From Bacillota bacterium (GTDB lineage: Bacteria; Bacillota; DTU025), in assembly GCA_035382325.1 (NCBI GenBank), contig DAOTAC010000001.1, forward strand, positions 1 through 25,374: DNA of 25,374 nt, given 5' to 3'. The translations under genes and the position numbers were made by a program. Below the pieces are notes generated by a model. That model searched no databases. It was not told the DNA's origin and was given only the letters and a program-made list of their open reading frames with translations. Position 1 is the first letter of the stretch; every line of letters starts with the position of its first letter. Shown piece after piece: positions 8,827-16,116 of the stretch.

Positions 8827-9837
8827 TTACTTGCCTCCAGCCTTGGGCAGTTCCACTTTGAGCTTGCCGGAGATGATGTCTTGCTTGGCCTTCTCTACGC
8901 GGTCAAGCACGGCCTTGGGTATCTTGTTTGTTAGTTTCGGGTTGAAACGCAGCTCCAGGGTACCGTCGGCAAAGGTCAGCGTAAGGTGTTTTCCGCCCAG
9001 GATTCCCTGGGCACGATAGTTGATCATATCCTTGACGACTTTCTCCCAGTGGTACACCTGCGCCGCGAGAACATGATCGGGCGCGAGGGAAGCCTGGTCC
9101 ATGTCGGTGGACATCCAGTACACGCCGGACCTTTCGGCCACTGCGCGAGCGGCTCCCACTGCCTGCTGAGACGATCCCGTCAGCACGTCGGCTTTGGCGT
9201 CCATGTGGACCTTAGCTAGCTCGCCGGCGCCGACTATGTCGCCGAAAGAACCGGTGTAGGCTATGCGCACTTTCACATTGGGATTCCCCGCAGCCACGCC
9301 TTGCTGGAAGCCGTAGTTATACTTGATCGCATCACCCGACTCCACCGGGCCGACGATTCCCACAACGCCTGTCTTTGACATCAAGGCGGCGACCATGCCG
9401 AGAAGATACGCGCCCTCCTGGGCCTGGGGGTCGTATGCGAAAATGTTGGGCGCGGTGGTGAACCCGGTTCCATAGGCGAAAGTGGTCTTGGGGAAGTCGG
9501 GAGCAAGTTCCATGAGCACGCTCTGATACTGAGCGCCATGAGCGATAATGATGTCGAATCCCTGGTCAGCATATTGCCGGATTGCGGCGCCCGCGTCCAC
9601 AGGGTTGCCCATCCGTTCGCTCGTAACAAACTCCAGCTTGTCGGCGCCCATCTCCTTCTGGACAGCCTTGAGTCCTTCGTACATCGACTGGCTCCATGCC
9701 ATGTCGTCGATGGTGCTCGCCATGAGCATGGCGATGCGGATCTTCTTAGCGGGGGCGCCGTAGCCGTAGCCCGCCCCGAAGACCATGAGTGTCGCCAAAG
9801 CTAGAAACGCTACGAGAACTATGCGGTTTTTCCTCAC
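8827..9837 (-). CDS. BMP-family (BmpA/NupN/PnrA-like) substrate-binding protein
   Basis: GTG start at 9837 follows SD GGAGGTG. Signal peptide MRKNRIVLVAFLALATLMVFGA; motifs DMAWSQSMYEG, DIIIAHG, EGAYLLGMVAA and YTGSFGD. No lipobox Cys. Confidence 0.88.
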   Translation of the reverse strand: MRKNRIVLVAFLALATLMVFGAGYGYGAPAKKIRIAMLMASTIDDMAWSQSMYEGLKAVQKEMGADKLEFVTSERMGNPVDAGAAIRQYADQGFDIIIAHGAQYQSVLMELAPDFPKTTFAYGTGFTTAPNIFAYDPQAQEGAYLLGMVAALMSKTGVVGIVGPVESGDAIKYNYGFQQGVAAGNPNVKVRIAYTGSFGDIVGAGELAKVHMDAKADVLTGSSQQAVGAARAVAERSGVYWMSTDMDQASLAPDHVLAAQVYHWEKVVKDMINYRAQGILGGKHLTLTFADGTLELRFNPKLTNKIPKAVLDRVEKAKQDIISGKLKVELPKAGGK

Positions 9838-9863
9838 AGTAGACACCTCCTGACGTATTTGTG

Positions 9864-9887
9864 CGTCGACCGCCGCGGCTGTCGACG
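9864..9887 (-). other. Intercistronic GC-rich hairpin upstream of the substrate-binding protein gene
   Basis: On the minus strand: cgtcgac-a-gccgcggc-g-gtcgacg (7-bp outer stem, self-complementary core), no U-tract. Confidence 0.45.
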
Positions 9888-9921
9888 ACGACACCGCCTG
9901 ATCCGCCCCAACCTCGATCGG

Positions 9922-10854
9922 CTAGCCAGCTTCCCTTCGGAACGGCTTGCCGAGGGCGGTTGGGGCCCACACTCGCCTGACAGCTACTGCCAGAGCTGCG
10001 ATGGTCATGACATATGGCAGTATCACTGCGAACTCGTATGGGAAACTGATGCCGAGCACCTGAATCCATAATTGGAGTGCGTTCATCATGCTGAAGAGGA
10101 GCGAGCCAAGAAGGATGCCCACAGGGCTCCACCTGCCGAAATACACCAGGGCGACGGCGATGAAACCGCGGCCTGCGGTGATGTTATCGGCGTACATGTT
10201 AGCCTGACCAACAGTCAGGAAGGCCCCGGCAAGCCCGGCCATGGCGCCTCCCAGCACCACACACTGATATCGGATGGCGTTGACGTTGACGCCCAATGTG
10301 TCGGCGGCTTGCGGTGTGGTGCCCACTGCGCGCACCTTGAGCCCCCAGGTTGTGCGGTACAGCACAAACCAGGATACCGGAACGAGCAACAACGAGAAGT
10401 AGACCATCCAGTTGTGCTGGAACAGCACAGGGCCGAGAAACGGGATCTTCGACAGTACCGGGATGTTCCATGGGCCGAAACCCTTACATGATGTGATGAA
10501 CCCGAGATACACTCGGAAAAGCAGCCCTGACAGGCCCCAGCAGAACATGTGTAGGCCAATGCCGGAGATGCCTTGTTCGGCCTGCATGGTAACGCTGATG
10601 AAGGCCATGAGCAGGCCTAATGCAGCTCCGACTCCGATTGCGGCCAGCACGCCGAGCCACGGACTGCCGGTGCCCAGCGAGGTCATGAATCCTGCGAAGG
10701 CTCCCATCATCATGATGCCTTCGAGCCCGAGGTTAAACACCCCGGAGCGCTGCGCGAACATTTCGCCCAGCGACGCATAGAGGAATGGTGCAGCGAGCCT
10801 GATCCCGGTAGCAAGTATCCCGACGATTATCCCTTGGCTTGAGATAGTGGCCAT
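9922..10854 (-). CDS. Nucleoside ABC importer permease 2 (NupQ/YufQ-like)
   Basis: Hydrophobic protein with A.LGEMFAQRSGVFNLGLEGIM, GLKVRAVG.TP.AA.TLG, AGRGFIAVALV.FGRW and LPYVMTI.AL. Confidence 0.9.
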   Translation of the reverse strand: MATISSQGIIVGILATGIRLAAPFLYASLGEMFAQRSGVFNLGLEGIMMMGAFAGFMTSLGTGSPWLGVLAAIGVGAALGLLMAFISVTMQAEQGISGIGLHMFCWGLSGLLFRVYLGFITSCKGFGPWNIPVLSKIPFLGPVLFQHNWMVYFSLLLVPVSWFVLYRTTWGLKVRAVGTTPQAADTLGVNVNAIRYQCVVLGGAMAGLAGAFLTVGQANMYADNITAGRGFIAVALVYFGRWSPVGILLGSLLFSMMNALQLWIQVLGISFPYEFAVILPYVMTIAALAVAVRRVWAPTALGKPFRREAG

Positions 10855-10855
10855 A

Positions 10856-11992
10856 TCAGTTGCTCACCCCCTTGCCCTGCCTTGCCATACCCTGCTTTCC
10901 CGCAACGCCTGCTGAGCCGCCTGACATCCGGCGGCTACGGAGTAGATCGGGCCTGCGGATGAGCAAGTCGCTTCCGACCACGAATAGCACAACTAGCCCC
11001 TGTATGGCCATGACGATGGCGGCCGGTATCTGCACCGCCCTCTGCATCATGTCGGCGCCCAGAGTGAGCGCGCCGAAGAGTATGGAAGCTGGGATGCAGC
11101 CTAGGGGATGAAGGCGCCCGAACAGCGCGACCACGATTCCGCTGAAGCCGTAACCGCCGGAGAGCCCTTCGAGGACCCTGTGATGCACGCCAAGCACTTC
11201 TACGATTCCAGCCAGCCCCGCGAAGCCTCCCGCAAAGGCCATGGCAAGTATTTGGTAGTTTTCAACCCTGATTCCAGCGGCTTTTGCAGCCTGAGGGCCG
11301 GCGCCTGAGGCGCGCATCCGGTAGCCGATTGTGGTGCGCCAAAGGAAGATGTAGACCAGTATCGCGAAGGCGATGGCGATCACCAGTCCCCAGTGAAACC
11401 GTGTGCCGCGAATGATCCGGGGAAGCCAGATCGATCTGGGCAGCAGAGCTGTTTGGGGACACCCGGTGCCGTAGGCCACTTCCTGTGGGTCGATCATCGG
11501 ACCGCGGATCAGGTAGAGGTTGAGTTGGAAGGCGATTTGGTTGAGCATTACGGTGCTGAGTATCTCGTTCACCGAAAGCCGGGCCTTGAGCCAGCCGGCA
11601 ATTCCGCCCCATAATGCCCCCGCGAGCACACCCGCGATTAGCGTCATGGGCAGCAGCACTATTGCAGGCCAACTCGGAAAAGCCAGGGCAACAGCTGCGC
11701 CTGCCAGCGAACCGGCGACCATCTGCCCCTCGCCCCCGATGTTGAGGATTCCGCTCCTGAACGAGATGACGATTCCGAGGCCTACCAGGAGAAGTGGTGT
11801 AGCCTTTACCAGGCTTTCGGTGATGCCGTATTTGCCGCTGACCGGCCCGGTGAACATCGCTTTGTATGCAGTGATGGGATTCGCGCGAGCCAGCAGGATC
11901 AGCCCCGCTCCAACCAAGAGTGCCAGAACCAGAGCCCCGACCAGCACGCCAGCTTGTAGAAGGGAGTCGGACGTGCCCGTACGTTTCTTCAT
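10856..11992 (-). CDS. Nucleoside ABC importer permease 1 (NupP/YufP-like)
   Basis: ATG at 11992 follows SD AAAGGAG. Motifs SGILNIGGEGQ, NEILSTVMLN, TTIGYRMRA.G, GYGFSGIVVALFGRLHP. Confidence 0.9.
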   Translation of the reverse strand: MKKRTGTSDSLLQAGVLVGALVLALLVGAGLILLARANPITAYKAMFTGPVSGKYGITESLVKATPLLLVGLGIVISFRSGILNIGGEGQMVAGSLAGAAVALAFPSWPAIVLLPMTLIAGVLAGALWGGIAGWLKARLSVNEILSTVMLNQIAFQLNLYLIRGPMIDPQEVAYGTGCPQTALLPRSIWLPRIIRGTRFHWGLVIAIAFAILVYIFLWRTTIGYRMRASGAGPQAAKAAGIRVENYQILAMAFAGGFAGLAGIVEVLGVHHRVLEGLSGGYGFSGIVVALFGRLHPLGCIPASILFGALTLGADMMQRAVQIPAAIVMAIQGLVVLFVVGSDLLIRRPDLLRSRRMSGGSAGVAGKQGMARQGKGVSN

Positions 11993-12305
11993 GACACCTG
12001 CTCCTTTAGATAACACGCGTCGATTCCAATGGCAGAAGATATATCATATGAATAGAGGATTCTAGGCAAGGCACACTTATCCTGCCTTGAGCACAACTAA
12101 TAGATACGAAGGAAATCCATTGTTTACGGCCCATGCAGGTAATCCTGCTTTGTCGCGGGGTCTTGCACTTGCACGGGAGAGCATCGCCGGCATTCATACA
12201 GAGGCCCAGGAAATGCAAGTTCAACTATGATACTCTTATGCTGAGCGCTGCGAGGTTTACGGTATCGGCAGGGGCCGAGTGGATTCCAAGACAGGTGGGT
12301 CGTCG

Positions 12306-13856
12306 ATGAGTTCTTTGGAACGTAGTATCAGCATACTCAAGGATGCTTTCCCGGAGGCATTCACCGAGGGAAGGATCGATTTCGATATTCTGCGCGGGTT
12401 GCTTGGCGTTTGTGTGGATGATCGGCACGAGCGCTATCGCCTCACCTGGAACGGCAAGGGCCGTGCCCGACGCATTGCCCAGGCCCCTTCGGTCGGGGCG
12501 CTCCAGCCGAGCCCTGAGGAGTCGGTCGATTGGGATACGACTCAGAATCTCCTGATCGAAGGGGACAACCTGGAGGTTCTGAAGCTACTGCTCAACGAGT
12601 ATCAGGGGAAGATCAAGATGATCTACATCGACCCTCCATACAACACGGGCAACGATTTCATATACCGCGACGACTTCCGCGACAGCGTCGCAAGCTATCT
12701 CCAGCTGACCGGACAGGCCGACGCTAGTGGGCGCCTGCTGCGAGCCGACGCGGAAACCTCGGGCAGGTACCATACTGACTGGCTGAACATGATGTACCCG
12801 CGCCTCAAGCTCGCGCGCAACTTGCTTTGCGAGGACGGTGTTATCTTCATCTCCATCGGCGACAATGAAGTGGCGAACCTCAGGATTATCTGCGATGAGT
12901 TGTTCGGGGAGGGCAGCTGCCTAGGCTGTGTGGCTCGCGTGGCCAAGAAGACGTCGAACAAGGGCACTCACTTTGCGCCGTCCAAAGACTATGTGCTGGT
13001 CTACGCCTGCAGAGCCGAATGTGTCGCTCCTTTCATGGACGTAGTAGACCCTGCGTACGCTTCGCGTTTCAGGGAGCGCGACGGGCGAGGTCGGTACGCC
13101 ACGGTCGGTCTGTACCAGGCGGCTCTCGACCCGCGTCCCAATCAGCGATACTGGATCGCCTGCCCCGACGGGTCGTTCGCCATCCCTCCCGGCGAAGTCT
13201 TTCCTGATGAAGTTGCCGATGGGGCTCAGGTAAAGCCGGCAAGTCGCCGCGACCGGGTGTGGCGCTGGAGCCGCGAGTCGTACCTTGCGAAGAAGCATCT
13301 TCTGGTCTTCAAGAAGTCCGCTCGTAGCCCTCTCGTGACGCCCGACGGGTCGCCGTCGAAATGGAATGTCTACACCAAATACTATCTTGAGGACAGACTG
13401 AATGACGGGATTCGCCCCCGCGACTACCTTGACGACATCACTAACGATCTGGGCACGGCCGCCCTCAAGAGCCTGGGGCTCGACGATTTCTTCGAGTTTG
13501 CCAAACCTCCGGAGCTGGTGCGGCGGCTGATGCAGTGGCTGGGCGGACGCGATGGCATTTACCTCGACTTCTTCGCAGGTTCAGGAACGACGGCCCAGGC
13601 GGTCCTGGAGCAGAATGCGGAGGATGGCGGCAGCCGTCGGTTCATCCTGGTTCAATTGCCTGAGCCCTGCCCTCATGACTCAGTGGCAGCCCAGAATGGT
13701 TACAACACAATCTTCGACATCTGCAAAGAGCGCATCCGACGGGTGATCGCACGCCTGCGCGCCGACGAGGCGCATGGCACCGCGCTCGACTTGGGATACC
13801 GCGTTTTCAAGCTGCGAGGTGAAGCAGTTGAAGATCAAGTTCGACCCAGATCTTGA
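12306..13856 (+). CDS. mod: Type III R-M adenine methyltransferase Mod, copy 1 (lacks the C-terminal domain)
   Basis: FPEAFTEGRIDFD N-terminal segment, IEGDNLEVLKLL, motif IV IDPPYNTG, WLNMMYPRL, variable TRD region, KP motif, motif I DFFAGSGTT (beta-class order), FILVQLPE. Ends 13 residues after LDLGYRVFKL. Start could alternatively be GTG 12279. Confidence 0.9.
   Translation: MSSLERSISILKDAFPEAFTEGRIDFDILRGLLGVCVDDRHERYRLTWNGKGRARRIAQAPSVGALQPSPEESVDWDTTQNLLIEGDNLEVLKLLLNEYQGKIKMIYIDPPYNTGNDFIYRDDFRDSVASYLQLTGQADASGRLLRADAETSGRYHTDWLNMMYPRLKLARNLLCEDGVIFISIGDNEVANLRIICDELFGEGSCLGCVARVAKKTSNKGTHFAPSKDYVLVYACRAECVAPFMDVVDPAYASRFRERDGRGRYATVGLYQAALDPRPNQRYWIACPDGSFAIPPGEVFPDEVADGAQVKPASRRDRVWRWSRESYLAKKHLLVFKKSARSPLVTPDGSPSKWNVYTKYYLEDRLNDGIRPRDYLDDITNDLGTAALKSLGLDDFFEFAKPPELVRRLMQWLGGRDGIYLDFFAGSGTTAQAVLEQNAEDGGSRRFILVQLPEPCPHDSVAAQNGYNTIFDICKERIRRVIARLRADEAHGTALDLGYRVFKLRGEAVEDQVRPRS
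12429..12915 (+). repeat. Direct repeat copy 1 (mod1 MTase N-terminal half), homologous to 16139-16625
   Basis: Gap-free at constant offset 3710. Identical runs: tcacctggaacggcaag (12442/16152), aagatgatctacatcgaccc (12615/16325), actggctgaacatgatgta (12778/16488). Two sampled 60-nt blocks are 41/60 and 48/60 identical. Confidence 0.85.
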
Positions 13857-16116
13857 CTATCAGCGCGATGCGATCGACTCGGTTGTTCAGATCTTTGCGG
13901 GTCAGGAAGACTGCCGGGCCGACTTCGCGGGCGATCTGGTCATCGGGAACCGTCTCCGCTTATCAGAGGAAGAGATACTGAAGAATGTGAGGGCCATTCA
14001 GCTTTGCAATGGGCTAGCTCTGTCTGATACGGTTTCCGGCATGAACTTCACTGTGGAGATGGAGACGGGCACCGGCAAGACATATGTCTACTTGAGGACC
14101 ATTTTCGAGCTCAACCGGGAATACGGGTTTCTCAAATTCATAATTGTCGTGCCGTCTATCGCGATCAAGGAAGGGGTCGCGAAGTCGCTCCAGATGGTCG
14201 AGGAGCATATGCGCGGGCTGTATGATAACGTTCGGTTTGACCACTTCATCTACGATCCCGCCAGCCTCAGTCAGGTGCGGAACTTCGCCACGAGCGACTA
14301 CATACAGATCATGATCATCAACATCGATGCATTCCGCAAGAGCTTCGTCGACCCAGAAAAAGAGCATAGGGCCAACATCATCCATCGTTCGCACGACCGG
14401 ATGATGGGCGCTCGCCCAATCGAGTTCATCCAGGGCACGAGCCCGATCGTCATCATTGATGAACCGCAGAGCGTAGATACGACGGCCAAAAGCGCTGAGG
14501 CCATAGCGTCGCTTCATCCGCTGTGCACCCTGCGGTACTCCGCCACCCACGTGGAGAGGCACAACATGATGTACAGGTTGGATCCGGTCGATGCGTACCA
14601 GCGCAAGCTGGTCAAGCAGGTTGAGGTGGCAAGTGTCGAGGCAAGCCACGGGCCGAGCAGGCCGTATGTGAGGCTACTGGGTGTAGACAACACAAGAGGT
14701 TCGATCACTGCCAGGATTGAGCTGGATGCGCTGCACAGGGGTGGCGCGGTCAGGCGCGTGGCCAGATCCGTCCGCTGCGGCGACGACCTGCAGGAGGTCT
14801 CGGGCAGTCGGGATGTCTACACCGGCTACATCGTCGAGAATATCTGCTGTGAGAGGGGTAATGAGCACATCATGCTCGCCCGATGGCCTGAGGCTGTGCG
14901 GCTGAACCAGCCTATCGGTGATCTAGACGATGGCGAGTACAAGCGCATTCAGATACGGACTACCATCCGGGAGCACCTGGACAAGGAATTGATGCTCCGG
15001 CCAAGGGGCGTCAAGGTGCTCAGCTTGTTCTTTATCGATCGGGTCGCCAACTACCGTTGGTACGACGAGGACGGCAATCCGCGTAAGGGCAAGTATGCGC
15101 AGATGTTCGAGGAGGAGTACGTAAAGGCGATGGGCGACGTTAAGTACCGTTCGCTGCCGGAAGGGGCTGACCCGGCGGCTGCGGCTGAGAGCGTGCACAA
15201 CGGGTATTTCGCCATCGACAGGAGAAGGGACGCGGCAGGCCGGGATATGTTCAGGGAGTCGCGGGGCGATGGTGTTGCGCAGGCCGACGAGAGCGCGTAC
15301 CAGCTGATCATGAGGGACAAGGAGAAGCTGGCAAGCTTCGAGTCTGGGCTGAAGTTCATCTTCTCTCACTCAGCTCTCAGGGAGGGCTGGGATAATCCCA
15401 ACGTGTTTCAGATCTGCACGCTGAACGACACGGTCTCTGCGATGAAGAAAAGGCAGGAGATAGGGCGCGGTCTGCGCCTTGCCGTGAACCAGGACGGCGA
15501 GCGGGTTTACGGCTTCGATGTGAACACCTTGACTGTCGTGGCCAACCAGTCATATGCGGAGTTCGTCCGGCAGCTGCAGAGCGAGATCGAAGAGGATACA
15601 GGGGTCCGACTGGGCGAAGCGCGTCGGCTCAATGTCAAGAACGCGGCCGAACGGAGGCAAGTCGGACCGGGCGGGTCGAATGGTGTCGGCACAAGCCCAG
15701 AGCCGGGGCCGAAGCAGGAGTGCAACACTGGGTATCGTGTGACATTCGATACAGATGAGCTGATTAGGCGGTGCGCCGGCGAAATCCGGCGGATGCCGGC
15801 GATAGATCACACGGGACCTATGATACGGAAAGCGCGACTCGGGATGGGTCGCGGCGGGATCGGGGCAGGAGACGTTCGCGTCAGCGCCGAGATACATGAG
15901 GCTCATGGTCATCCGTTGCCCGACATAGTGACCCAGTTGCAGAACGATACCTCCCTAACCCGGCGCACGATTGTGAAAATCCTGGTGCAAAGTGGAAGGC
16001 TTGAGGACTTCAAGGCCGGCCCGCAGGTGTTCATAGAGAAGGTGTCGGCGATTATCCGGCGCCGGGTGGGGCTGTGCATTCAGGAGGGCGGGACACATGC
16101 AGGGACTGGATCCTAG
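13828..16116 (+). CDS. res: Type III R-M Res-family helicase/ATPase lacking the C-terminal endonuclease domain
   Basis: TTG 13828 lies 6 nt after SD GAGGTG and gives the family-type start MKIKFDPDLDYQ (GTG 13819 is an alternative). Motifs EMETGTGKTYVYLRTIFEL, IIDEPQ, RYSAT, SALREGWDNPNVFQIC and QEIGRGLR are intact. The protein ends shortly after LTRRTIVKIL...PQVFIEKV, with no PD-(D/E)xK-type motif. Confidence 0.88.
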   Translation: MKIKFDPDLDYQRDAIDSVVQIFAGQEDCRADFAGDLVIGNRLRLSEEEILKNVRAIQLCNGLALSDTVSGMNFTVEMETGTGKTYVYLRTIFELNREYGFLKFIIVVPSIAIKEGVAKSLQMVEEHMRGLYDNVRFDHFIYDPASLSQVRNFATSDYIQIMIINIDAFRKSFVDPEKEHRANIIHRSHDRMMGARPIEFIQGTSPIVIIDEPQSVDTTAKSAEAIASLHPLCTLRYSATHVERHNMMYRLDPVDAYQRKLVKQVEVASVEASHGPSRPYVRLLGVDNTRGSITARIELDALHRGGAVRRVARSVRCGDDLQEVSGSRDVYTGYIVENICCERGNEHIMLARWPEAVRLNQPIGDLDDGEYKRIQIRTTIREHLDKELMLRPRGVKVLSLFFIDRVANYRWYDEDGNPRKGKYAQMFEEEYVKAMGDVKYRSLPEGADPAAAAESVHNGYFAIDRRRDAAGRDMFRESRGDGVAQADESAYQLIMRDKEKLASFESGLKFIFSHSALREGWDNPNVFQICTLNDTVSAMKKRQEIGRGLRLAVNQDGERVYGFDVNTLTVVANQSYAEFVRQLQSEIEEDTGVRLGEARRLNVKNAAERRQVGPGGSNGVGTSPEPGPKQECNTGYRVTFDTDELIRRCAGEIRRMPAIDHTGPMIRKARLGMGRGGIGAGDVRVSAEIHEAHGHPLPDIVTQLQNDTSLTRRTIVKILVQSGRLEDFKAGPQVFIEKVSAIIRRRVGLCIQEGGTHAGTGS

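Noticed and set aside
12000-12270. Purine riboswitch upstream of the nucleoside importer (CCGTAAA on the minus strand at 12123-12129 and 12256-12262)
   Set aside because: No pairable P3 stem, and no UAUGG loop or UUUCUACC junction. The short IRs here (caaggca/tgccttg 12067-12089; gcagg/cctgc) do not build a recognisable fold. An Rfam search would settle it.
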